The notes beneath the pieces were generated by a model that was given only the letters and a program-made list of their open reading frames with translations, made no database searches and was not told the DNA's origin. Of a DNA stretch of 64,000 nucleotides, positions 52,370 through 64,000 are shown piece after piece. The stretch's first letter is position 1. Every line of letters begins with the position of its first letter. The translations under genes were made by a program, and so were the position numbers. Source of the stretch: Iphione sp. A-MEVVRFRX5 (taxonomy: Eukaryota); contig OZ320319.1 in the NCBI GenBank assembly GCA_976226885.1, positions 20,336,001 through 20,400,000 of the forward strand, given 5' to 3'.

Positions 52370-52850
52370 TGTTGTTTCCTGGTAGGGGAGGGGCGGCCAG
52401 CTGGAGAGAGGAGAGGGAGGGTTAGTTGGAGGGAGGAGTGTGAGAGTTTGAAGAAGGAGAGGGAGAGTCACTTCGAGGGAGTGTTAGTTGGAGAGAAGGT
52501 TAGTCGGAGGGCCTGGGAGGGTGAGCAGGACAGGAAGGGAGAGGCATTTGGTTGAAGGTAACAGAGGAAGAGTTACTTGGAAGGAGGATTAGTTGAAGAG
52601 AGGGTTAGTTGGAGGGAGAGGGAGGGTCAGCAAGCAGGAAGGGAGAGGTAGAAAGGAGGAGAGTGAAGGATGGTTGAAGGGAGGAGAGGGAAAGTTAGTT
52701 GGAGGGAGGGATGGGGGAAAGTTAGCTGAGGGAGCGATGGGGGGAAGTTAGTGTGAGGGAGGGTTATTTTGAGGGAGACAGAGGGTTAGCATACAGGAAG
52801 GAAGAGGCATTTGGTTGAGAGGAGAAGAATGAGGGTTAGTTGAAATATAT
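52370..52850. repeat. Purine-rich degenerate repeat (gagggttagttggaggg-like)
   Basis: Strongly G/A-skewed plus strand with a recurring GTTAGTTGGAGG unit. Confidence 0.75.
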
Positions 52851-55360
52851 AATCACGGAGGAAACCATGAATATAGATGTCATCCAAGGACGCTGGCAAT
52901 GCAATCGAGGAGGTGGTGATTAGGACTCCTATACAAAGGGAGGCCTTGGATAACAAAGACCAGCATGGTCAATGTTGCTCGTTCACCACTCTACAAGTCA
53001 CAGAGCTGGCAATGTCCTCAATACAACGGATGATGAGATGGCTAGCTTGGAGTGTTGACAACTGTGGACCGTGTGAGCAGAGGAAGATGCTTCTCTGTCC
53101 TGTATACGTTTTGATATTTCAGTATCTTATGTACTACTCACATATTCTGTACAAAGGTCTACGCCATTCAAGCTCACTGACATAGTATATACTTAGTCAA
53201 CTTGAACGCGTATATTTAGTCAATCAGGAACACGATGACCACATTCTTTAATGAATGTAATGCATCCACAGTATACACACGGAGAGATGGGCAGTCAGAG
53301 GATTAGATCGAGAAATACTCACGACAGAAACAAGGCAGGGGAGCAATGAGAGTATGAGAATGTGAGATCTGCAGTGAAAATACAGGTAGACCCTCCGAGG
53401 AGATCGTGCATATTAGTTACATTTCTACACGGTGGATAGAACGATCTATGCAAGGCTGTATAAAGCATGAAAAAGGACAGCTTATATGTACAGGTGTACC
53501 ATAAATGTTCTTATAATAGCCACATCTTTTACCGACAGAGAACGTGCGACTTCTCTGAAGCCTTCATAAAAAAAAACAGTTCGTCAATTTGTTTTTCTTT
53601 TTTTTATTTACAAATTGGGTAATCGTCATTGAGAGTCTCTTTGATGGAACCAGACGCTCACATGAAAGCAAGACGTCAAGTTCGTAACGAGTTCAAAGAG
53701 TGCTTCTCCTGTGTAACTTTTTCGGCGGACAGAATTTCAGCAGCGAGAGAAGCCCCAAACCCCGCTACCCCCTCTACAAGAGAGCAGATGTGCAGTTGAC
53801 TGCGACTATGCCAATCCTACATCCTTATGTACGTATGCAGCTTTGGCATTTGCATAGATCTACGTTGGCAAAATCCGAGCGTTGCATAGATCTACGGTGG
53901 CAAAAAAAAGTCCGAGCGTTGTCTGCTTTTTTTTTTCTTCCTAGGGCCTTGCCTACATTGACACCGCCATGTTAAAACGTGTACTTCTGGTGGGCAGACA
54001 TAACATTAATTTACTGAGGAAAGAAAACAGTCACACACAGACGTGCTGTACACTGGGGTCAATATATACGTACATTGCATACGTAGCCACATATACAAGG
54101 ACATTTCCGTCAACGTGTGACTGTGTATACCAACATATATATAAGTAAGGAACACACTCCAACGTAGTCTGAGTCCCCATCCTAACCCCTCCCCTCCCCA
54201 CACGCTTCCAGAGGTCATCATCAACAGGAAATCAATGGTAATCAAGCGACGGCCAACGTCACTGACAGGGACGCCGGCGTTTCATCCCAGGTGTTGGTGG
54301 CTCAGGGCCCGAAGGACAGGGAATGGGAACCAGTTGGTACCGCTGAAAGCCCCACTCTTCTTCACCAACTGGTCATACGGATTAACCAACCAGTCATATT
54401 TAGACTCGAGTCAGTGGTTCGACATTGATTGTTCCGGGTACTGTTAGACAGGCAAGTAATCCTCCCCATATGTGCAGCAAGGTAAACTGGTATGTATAGA
54501 CATCTGTGCAGCTGCTCAAACGTATAGGTCCATATAGAGTAGGATCTCTCTCCAGCGGTCACCCTCGCTTCCCGTTAATTTACATTGTATCACCATAAAG
54601 TGAGATGACCACTAGAGCGAGGTTTCCGACTATATAACGGGCAATCTGTTCTGCAGCTATTTTACCATAGTAATAGTTGACCGCTTGGAAGTTAAAAGAA
54701 ACAGTTCCTAGGGTATATATCCAAATAGAAACGGAGTTGAGAGATGGAAGGGGTCGATGAATAGATGGACACATGAACCATCCCTTCTTTCTTAGGGAGC
54801 ATGCCATGCACATGTACACCCAACCGACTGAGGTGCAGGTATACATGTACCTCTGGTAACGAAGTAGATCTGTGCCCCATGATGTCCCTTCGTTGTGTAA
54901 AGCTTGATGATCACAGGCGCACTTTTCCTATTAATTTTTATGGATTCTCAACATAATTTCCCTACTAAATCATTTGCAATTGACTATTGACTACGTGTGT
55001 AAATTTGTTCCCTTTCATTTTATTACATTTCTTTCTGACTGGTTTGTACAAACTGGCTTTAAAGCCACAAAGTCTACACACAAATTGGCAATAAAGAGGT
55101 TTCGTCTAGGAGAATTTATTAAGAGAGGTTTACCTTCACTGGACTTAATGCATGCGTGAGGCGCTGTGTCTATACATGTATATCGATATAATGATGGGTT
55201 GGGAGTCCATTTAAAACTCCAACTCGTGCGTAGCCGGATGGGAGAGATTAAGGTGTTCTTTTTCCTCTTTGATTCTATCTGATTACCCTGATGTATTTCA
55301 TAAGACTTTTCCTTGTGTTTTTAGTTGGTTCCTCTGCCATATGATGGTGTTATTACCTAT

Positions 55361-55699
55361 TCATACTCAGCGGTAGAGCACTGGTCCACTGACTGAAAGG
55401 TCGCAGGTTCAATCCCGGGCCTGGGACTCTTGCTCAAAATCAGATTTACTGTAGCCCCATCCGAGAGTGATCCACAACTCGTAGAAAGACCGTGGGTGTA
55501 CAGGATTCTGTCTCCTATGCACAAAAAGACCTGAGAAATCTTTTTGAAATAAGAATAGAGGACAAACCCCAGGTATTCTAGTCTCTCAATTCTCAACAAT
55601 AGATGGCAGTATGCTACCCCAGGAGGATATGGAAGAGCCCTGTCATGTGATAGGGAATATCTAGTTCCTGGTTAAAGATACAATGAAATGAAATGAAAC
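55361..55699 (+). mobile_element. tRNA-derived SINE
   Basis: tRNA-like head with A-box-like CTCAGCGGTAGAGC and B box GGTTCAATCCC (55406-55416), a non-tRNA body and an (ATGAA)n tail; no clean cloverleaf. Confidence 0.72.
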
Positions 55700-57487
55700 A
55701 TACAGCTGGATAGGCTGATACATGTGTGTATCACCAATGATATTGTGGTTTTCTTTCTGGCCACGCATGTATTTTTTCCTGTCTAACTGACACTTGGCCA
55801 TGTGATCCACAAGCTTACTATACACGACGCCGAAATTAAGAAATGACGCTGGTGTAAGCTCAGCCTACAATGTACCAGTTTCCCAAATCTCAAAGGCTCT
55901 ACAGTATTGCGTCACAAGCAAGCCTCCACCACTCCCACGGTGTAAATCCACTATATACAAATGTGCTGACATTGCCAAAGCGGCTTTGCTGCCGTGCTTA
56001 TGTGGTCGCCGCGGTCAGCGAGCGATCCTGTGCTTGATCTTTCACAGGTCAGAGGTGCCAACCCTGGCGACGGAGGTGGGGGGACTGAAAGGAGCACACT
56101 TTCAACTGGAGTTCATGTGGTGATAAAGAGTACCGTACCCTTAAATGTATTCCTTTTTTCTGTGCATCACGAGAGCCTCACCCTGTCTCTCCTTCCTTCC
56201 AGTGCTCTCCAATTATATGTTAAAGTTCGTTAATTCATTTATATTTTAGGAAGACAGCCTGACTGACTGACAAACTCACTCACTCACTCACTCACTCACT
56301 CACTCACTCACTCACTCACTCACTCTTACCCCCTCTTTCACNNNNNNNNNNNNNNNNNNNNNNNNNNNNNNNNNNNNNNNNNNNNNNNNNNNNNNNNNNN
56401 NNNNNNNNNNNNNNNNNNNNNNNNNNNNNNNNNNNNNNNNNNNNNNNNNNNNNNNNNNNNNNNNNNNNNNNNNNNNNNNNNNNNNNNNNNNNNNNNNNNN
56501 NNNNNNNNNNNNNNNNNNNNNNNCCAGTTGTGTTCCAACCTACCTCTCGGTTTTAAGCCTCGCCATGACCTCTATTCCCCTAGTCTTGACCTCTTACAAT
56601 ACAGCATACAATAAAGCACGTCGGTCTAGTTATCGGACACACGAGAGACGTAAACAAGATAGGGTGGAGGTGGGAAAGGCCATATCCCGAACACCCCAGA
56701 TTAGAGGAGCGACAAGAAGGCTGGGACCCATACAGCGTGAAAAGTTCCTAAAGGGCTCTTTCCATGACTCAGGCCAGCTGAATGACCAATTTGTCAACAG
56801 GTGTTTATCAGTTGCTACTTTCAATGTCTGCAAAATCCGATCCAGCATCAGATGGCGACCAACTGGCCTGATAGCAAACCTGTCTGGGTCCAGTTTTTCA
56901 TCAGACCATCAGTATGTCAGACCATCACTACTTATAGGAACAAGCACTCTCACACTCACACACACATGCACACACAACACACTCACACACATTCACACAT
57001 ACTCATACACACAAATATGCACACACAACACTCTCACAAACATACATGTACATGTACATGCACACACAACACACATACATAATCACACATGCAATACACT
57101 CAGACACACATATACACACACAACACACATACACACAACACACATACACACAACACACATACACGACCCAGTCTCTCTCTCACACACACACATGCACACA
57201 CTATACACACATGCATTGTCCAAATTAGGTCACTGACGCTGCACAGGCAGTCAGACCCATGCAAACACCATCTCAAAAATTGCGGTCTGAACATCAGCCT
57301 GATGGGGGGTTTGATATATGGTCTGATATGCAACCTGAGACACGGACAGAGCCCTAACTAAAGACAGGAACCGCTCAGCCCTATGATCCCTTGCCCTGGG
57401 AAGTTGTGTTTTCGGTGATCATAATATTGAAAGCTATTAAGTGGGTGAAAGACAATTCCTGCTCTTCAGGTGTGCTTCCTAGATTAA

Positions 57488-58108
57488 GGCCCGGTTTTCT
57501 TGTGTACGGATTTTTTTCTGTACTGCGTGATGGTGCAGAAAATCGGATGCTTTTCTGGACCTGCACGGACNNNNNNNNNNNNNNNNNNNNNNNNNNNNNN
57601 NNNNNNNNNNNNNNNNNNNNNNNNNNNNNNNNNNNNNNNNNNNNNNNNNNNNNNNNNNNNNNNNNNNNNNNNNNNNNNNNNNNNNNNNNNNNNNNNNNNN
57701 NNNNNNNNNNNNNNTGGAGGTCGAAGCATATCTGTGGAAATTGTGCATTTTTTTGTGAGGACGAAGCATATTGGTGGAAATTGTGCAGCTTTTTGTGGAG
57801 GCCTAAACATATTTGTGGAAATTGTGCAGTTTTTATGCAATTGATATGCAAATTCAAAAATATATCACAACATCTTATATATGATACATAGTTTTTCTGT
57901 TTCTTAAAATGCCTCAAACCTCCTTTTATATACTTCTAGTGTATCCATGCTCCGGAATCCAGGAAAAAAATTAACATTGCCTGTTTTCGGACCACGGACC
58001 ATGCACACAGATGCATGGGAACACTCCAGTACATTGTCAGTCCCATTATTTTCTGTACCACATAGTCCATGGTCCAGGGAGAAAATCCGTACACAAGGAA
58101 ACCGGGCC
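57488..58108. mobile_element. Non-autonomous Harbinger related to the 1639-10301 element (spans an N gap)
   Basis: Ends GGCCCGGTTT(T/C)CTTGTGTACGG; both subterminal regions align by eye with those of the autonomous element. Flanks differ (TAA versus TTA). Confidence 0.8.
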
Positions 58109-61100
58109 TTATACATGAGGTAATACCTACATATCTATTCTAGGTGTTCCTCTTTCTGATTTAAACTATATTAAACAAAACCAACCTGGCATAGCAGTAT
58201 CCACATCATATTTTTTGAAAATGGCTTATTTCATACAGTAGTTTGGCAAGAACCACAAGATCATAAGGTAAGATCGGAGGGCTAGAAGGTTGGACAGCAG
58301 TATTCCTTGAGCCTGCACCCCCTTCCTCTTGGAGGTGGGAGAAAAACAACCAACAGAAGCTAACAAAGAGCAACAGGGAGGTCCATCACCTGGCACGAAG
58401 TTGACTGGTGGGGAGACAAGGAAGTGAGAGATACTTGGCATGGAGAGAAACAACACTTGGCATGGAGAGAACCAAGAGGACCAAACGAAAAGGCAATGAA
58501 AAAAATTTAAATAAATCACTTGATCACTTTACCGGAGAATCTACACGGTAGAACATCACCTGCCAGACAGACCAGGAATCAAAACAGCAGTGCAGAATAA
58601 GATTTACAATGTATAGTTTTCCCTCTGCAAGGGCTAAGTCTTTCATATCAAAGCCTCTGACACTAAAAGGTATACCGAAGTTAATGTTATGGATGATTTT
58701 AACTTGATTCATTTGAGTTCTTTAAAGTCAGTTCAGAATACATGTGTGGTACCCATAGATGGTGCATGAGTTCAGTCCAGCAAAGACATATTCCTAGAAA
58801 TCTGTCAGGCAGATATGAAAAGGCATACTCGATTTAAGTTTGAGTATTCTTCTGAGCGCACAAGTGCGACGTTTCCTTAGAGACATACATAGCGGCATGC
58901 ATCTGTAACACCATGCCTCAGACTAAGAAACCCACATTTGCTAATGCACAGCCCTGTTCGCTTATCTAGGTATGTAGCTTCGACCGCTTGTGTCTACGTT
59001 CGCCACGTCTACATCGCCATGTTGAAAGTGGCAATGCTTTTGGATGGCAGACATGATCGTCAAGTACACAGCTTGCAGGAAACACCCACACATGTACGCA
59101 GAGCATTTGGCACAACACATACATACACTGCATACGAACCAACTCCGCCTTACAACGGCAGGGAGGACAAGGTTCACACAGGTGCCATCCCAGTGGCAGC
59201 CACCCATACGATGAAGTACGGATGATGGTGTGGTCAATGTGATGAGTTGGGAGTACACATATGAATGGGGTCTAGAGAGAGGATAGTGGTTATGTAATGA
59301 GATTTATAAGAGAGGGATAACAGATGGACAAGTTGGGTGGGGGAGGGGATTATAACTTAACTTCACTGGACGCTTGACCACGTATCCCAATGTCTCACCT
59401 GACCCCTGAACTGACCCTGATCTCAACTACATCCCCCCTCCCCCGTAACCATGCACTCCAACACACATACGCTCGCCCACACTTTGACCCAAATAAACAT
59501 CCATCCAATAACTCTACTCCCTCACGTCCATACCCACACCAGAACGCACGCACGCTAAAGCACATATACACACACATACACACACGTACCAGGTGAGAAT
59601 CACAAATCAAGGCGACTTAGATCACCCTGTCTTCACTTATAAATACACGTAGTAGATGGTCACAACACTCGACACAATGACCACCTATAATACGTTATTC
59701 TAGACTGGGCGTCAGGACATCTACTTGATTTTTTTTATATATAAGCGAAGGATATTGTGGGTCGATAAAACCCGGTCTGATTTCCTTAAACTCCCAGTAT
59801 TCACTTCATCAAATACACCACCCACCACTCCTACCTCTACGACAACCAATATTGTGCGTCGATAAAACCCGATGTAATTCCCCTAAACTCCCAGTATTCA
59901 CTTCATGAGATACACTACTCCTACCTCCAAGAGAATCAACACACTCCTTCGCTACCGCCCCCCCCCCTAACCCCCGCCAGCCGACATAACAACTACATGT
60001 ATTACCCCCACCGTTGCGACTTCGTACAAGATTCATTGACCAATAAAGAGAAATGACAGTGAAATAAACCCGTTCGCCCATTTTTTCCCTGGACGTCCCG
60101 TGGCGCCTAAACATGCAGCGGGTATTGGTTGTAGTTATTGGCGTCGTTATCATTATATTGCGCCACAGTGGATAAGTACGGGGCAATTCTCCTCCACAAC
60201 AATTGGGTGTGGGTTTTTTTTTCACTCCTTCCCTACGGCTAAGCTCGCTGTCCCTCCCTGCTGGGGACATGATACGGTATTGAGCAGCTCGTAAGAATTA
60301 TCTTTTTTTTAAAGCGGAGGGGTGGGGGTTGGGGGAGGGGGAGGAAGGTACACATGTGTTAGGCATGGCAGGCCTTCCGCGCGGGTTGGGGGGCGGGGGG
60401 CGGGCAGGCTGGGTTGAGTAGTGTATTGGGGACATGGACGGGCCGGGGTGGGGGTATTGGGTGGAACTAAGGTAGATAGCTGGCACGCTGCCAGAACGGA
60501 TCAATAGCTCAAGCCTGGGTGGCGGTACCTGGCGGCCACTCGGGGAGGTATAACTCGCCTCCGCTGACTGCTCGGAGCGGCTCGGTCGCGGTTGGTTCCG
60601 CACCATTGATCACGGCTAGAGGTGGTCCGCCGCTGCCGCCACCGCCCGGCCGTACGCCATGGTGAGGTGGACGGGCGGGGGGGGGGGGGCGGGGTAGAAG
60701 GCTTACGTCGGCGTGAAAGATACCCTCCTCTTACACTTCGCCGGATTCATCCGCTATTTTTAGCGACGTCACTGATTGTAAATTTATAATATATACATGC
60801 ACAGGTGTGTGTGAGTGTGTGTTTGTGTCTGTGTCTGCGCCTGTGTGCGCGCACGTGCGCGTGCCAGGCAAAAGGACAAAACAATCGTGCTGAATGTACA
60901 TGTAATGCACTTCACAGCTTAATACCTTAATATCATACAAATACATGTACAGGTATCTGCTTTCCAAAAAAAATCATTAATGCTGAATACCTTTAACTCG
61001 ACAGAGCCTGCGTTGGGCCAGGTAGTTAGACAGCAGTGATCTAGGGTCCCTGACGGTCCACCACTCTTCTTGGGGTGGGGGGACAATATGGACTGTTTAG

Positions 61101-61659
61101 CTTTTTTTCTTGTAGCAAGCTCTGCTTAATTCATTCATTTAGTATCTATCAAGCTCAACACTAGGCTATATAAATACTGTGTGGCAGCAGCGACCAACTG
61201 CCTAAGCTAGGGCAGAATACTGTTCGAGACATGAGGAGGAGGAACGGGAAGAGAAGAAAGTCGACCTGAGAGGTCTCAATCCCCCCACCAGCCATTCAAC
61301 AATATCCCTCGAGTCTTGCATCTGTCCAGCATACATGTCCATGAGCCATGGCGAATCCTCATCAGTAGTTCCGGTTACTCGACTGAATTATCTAGACTCC
61401 AGGTGGACCAACACAACCACCACCGTGATCAAAGTACTAAAGCCTCGTTACGTGCACCTTTTAACACCTCTGGCGTTCTGGACTTGCACCTAGGGAAGAG
61501 TAGTTATACTTATGCGTAGGTGACAAGTACAATTCATCGAGGAGCTAATGTAAGCCGGACAAAGGTATGTATAATTATCACCCAACTGTCAAGAGACTAA
61601 CGGAAGATGCAGCTGTCAGTTGCAATGTGGAACTCCCATCAGACTACCTCTCGCCCAAT

Positions 61660-62380
61660 CTAATGGAGCGCTCATCTCCAACCCCCAATCTAACAGGGGG
61701 CTGATCTCTAACCCCTACTCTAACAGAAGGCTGATCTCCAACCTCCACTCTCACAAAGGCCTCAGCTCTAACCCCCACTCTGAAGGAGGGCCAATCTCCA
61801 ACCACCATTGTAACGGGGGGCTGATCTCTAACCCCTACTCTAACAGAGAGCTGATTTCCAAACCAGCCTTTAGCAGAGGGCTCATCTCCAACCTCCACTC
61901 TGCTGGAGACCTAAGCTGCAACCCCCATTCTAACAGAGACCTAATCTCCAACCTCCACTCTCACAGAGGACCAATCTCCATCCCAACCTTTAGCAGAGGG
62001 CTCATCACCAACCTACTCTAACAGAGGCCTCAGCTCCAACCTCACTCTAACAGAGACCTATCCCCAACCCCCACTCTGAAGGAGGGCCAATCTCCATCCC
62101 TAAATCTAACAGAGGACGAATCTCCAACCCAACCTTTAGCAGAGGGCTCATCTCCAACCCCCACCCTAACAGAGACCTCAACTCCAACCCTTACTCTAAT
62201 AGAGGGCCGATCTCCAACCCAACCGTTAGCAGAGGGCTCATCTGCAACCCCCACTCTAACAGAGACCTAATCTCCAACCTCCACTCTGAAAAAGGCCTCT
62301 GCTCCAACCCCTACTCTGAAGGAGGGCCAATCTCCAACACCAAATCTAAATGAGGGCCAATCTCCAACCCCTACTCTAGA
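61660..62380. repeat. Degenerate 30-bp minisatellite, about 24 copies
   Basis: Unit approximately ctctaacagagggctgatctccaaccccca; it produces spurious 10-aa-repeat ORFs. Confidence 0.92.
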
Positions 62381-62445
62381 CAAGAGTGTGGACCTGTGAG
62401 GTCTATTGTCCCCCGCCATCAACTGCCCAGAGAGGTGGGGGGGGG

Positions 62446-62481
<36 letters not shown>

Positions 62482-63084
62482 ATGAGAGAGAGAGGGGAGG
62501 GGGAGAGAGAGAGAGAGGGAGATTAAGAGAGAATGAGAGTGGAAAGAGAGAGAGAGTGTGTGTAGAGAGAGAAAGTGAGTGAGTGTGTGTGTATGTGTGT
62601 AGTGTGTAGTGTCTCTGTCTCCTTACAACCACCTTGATTGGCACCTTGTTTTGGGGGTGGTTGGCTAGACTTGTTTAAGTCCTTCAGGTTTACAACTCTC
62701 GGTTCTGCCTGACCGAGCACAGCCCCCTCGGTTCTGCCTCACTGAGCACCAGACTGCTACAAACCCTCAGTTCTGCATGACTGAGCACTGAGTGTGTATG
62801 TATGTGCATTGTCAGACCTAGGAACCCCTGAACCAGGTATGTATGTTTGTAAGTGTGTTAGGAAAAGAGTAAAATTGGCCTAATATCACCTTCAAAATAC
62901 TTGAATTACTACCAAAATTACTCAGTGCCATGGGGCCATATATATCAATATCATATATTAAAATCAGTTTTTTTGAGTGAAGGGTTTGAGACTTATAAGA
63001 CCCACAAGAGTGTGACGGATGGTCGGGACACCAGCCCGTAGCATTCCTAATGTCCCCCCCTCTATGAAGCGGGGGACAATAACA

Positions 63085-63365
63085 GAAGGCTGATCTCCAA
63101 CCCAACCTTTAGCAGAGGGCTCATCTGCGACCCCCACTCTAACAGAGACCTCAGATCCAACCCCCAATCTGACAGATGGCTGATCTTAAACCCCTACTCT
63201 AAGGGAGGGCCGATCTCCAACCCACACTCTGAAGGAGGGCTCATCTCCAACCCGAACTCTAATAAAGGGCTTATCTCCAACCAACACTCTAGTGAAGAAT
63301 TGATCTGAAACTTCAACTCTAATGGAGCGTCGAACTCAAACCCTGACTCTAACAGAGGGCTGATC
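63085..63365. repeat. Second block of the same 30-bp minisatellite, about 9 copies
   Basis: Same unit as 61660-62380, separated from it by about 700 bp of unrelated sequence. Confidence 0.88.
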
Positions 63366-63582
63366 TTCACTGATATCATGCCATACTTCACTAAAATACT
63401 TTATTGAGGACGTTTTCCAGATGTGGGTGTTTATCCTCACACGTCTCAGCAATAAGATCACTCCCATCTGCTCAATGAATTCCCCATCCCCTCAACGAAT
63501 GCCCAGCAAACCCAACCAAACTTACAGAAACAAGTGTGCATGGCAGCAGTCGTTCTGAGAGATCATTCACAGAGAAACTCAC

Positions 63583-63663
63583 CCGTTCACTTAATCTCCG
63601 CTTCTTGTTCCGCGAGGGTAGCGGGTCCTCCGGCGGGTTACTGTCTATCGCCCAATATGAACC
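63583..63663 (-). CDS. FOXJ3: FoxJ2/3 exon, end of forkhead domain. First of 8 exons in window: complement(join(33434..33541,34208..34305,37705..37914,38930..39043,39997..40308,43993..44089,44367..44495,63583..63663)), 5'-partial, 382 aa
   Basis: ttccag|GSYWAIDSNPPEDPLPSRNKKRRLSER|gtgagt resembles, from recall, FOXJ3 GSYWAIDTNPKED..P.RPKKR. Confidence 0.9.
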
Positions 63664-64000
63664 CTGGAAAAACAAAGAGAAAAAAAGAATTAGAAATAAT
63701 CTACACCGTCGTGAAGATTAGCATGGAATGAATCAACGCCCTCATTAGCATGTTTATGTCTACTGCATCGCAAAAAAAGCACATTTACGGGCATGTAAGC
63801 CATGTGAATCCCTTTAAAGTGACCCTTTATTCGACAATGGTATATTAACGACTTCATCATCTGCTTTTTGCCACCAGCCAAGGCCTAAGTTGCATGGAAT
63901 GGCTGGCTGGAAAGACCCTTATGTTAAGCAGGCAAAAGAATGATTAGCATATTTTGGACTGTTCTGGATTGCTTCAACAAGTTCGAGGTACTTTGTGAAC

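Larger units (their letters stand above)
42966..57714. other. Assembly gaps at 42966-43132, 50854-50992, 51864-52031, 56342-56522, 57571-57714
   Basis: Runs of N. Confidence 1.
42750..62620. repeat. Scattered microsatellites: (CT)n ~42800-42965, (GACTGT)n/(GT)n ~44925-44995, (AGAC)n ~49575-49745 and ~50768-50800, (CA)n/(ACTC)n ~52135-52220, ~56275-56325, ~56945-57210, (GA)n ~62448-62570
   Basis: Directly visible simple repeats; several abut assembly gaps. Confidence 0.9.

Noticed and set aside
55361-55430. tRNA gene
   Set aside because: A and B boxes are present, but there is no convincing acceptor or anticodon stem, and a body and simple-repeat tail follow; better explained as a SINE.

Overview
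Animal genomic DNA, probably a marine invertebrate (inferred from spliceosomal introns, microsatellites and gene content), with five N-gaps. All calls were read by eye; no database searches were run. (1) 1639-10301 is an apparently intact 8.66-kb PIF/Harbinger DNA transposon with perfect 34-bp TIRs and a TAA target duplication. It carries THREE spliced genes: a 430-aa DDE transposase (+, 2 exons), a 403-aa MADF(Myb/SANT)-BESS protein (-, 3 exons) whose exons interleave with the transposase exons, and an unrecognised 597-aa protein (-, 5 exons; basic, acidic, 11-aa repeats, coiled coil) nested in MADF intron 1. The element's non-coding DNA holds about 35 copies of an 8-bp CpG motif (TCGYKGAC) that I noticed only once outside it. 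(2) 13271-14329 (-) is an intronless divergent class-A-like GPCR, and a possible decayed paralog is split by the transposon. (3) Eight 3' coding exons of a FoxJ2/3 (FOXJ3-like) gene lie on the minus strand from 63663 to 33434; most of the forkhead domain lies beyond the window. (4) The rest contains three Harbinger-type MITEs, piggyBac-like and pogo-like non-autonomous elements, a tRNA-derived SINE and mini/microsatellites. No rRNA, authentic tRNA or CRISPR was seen.
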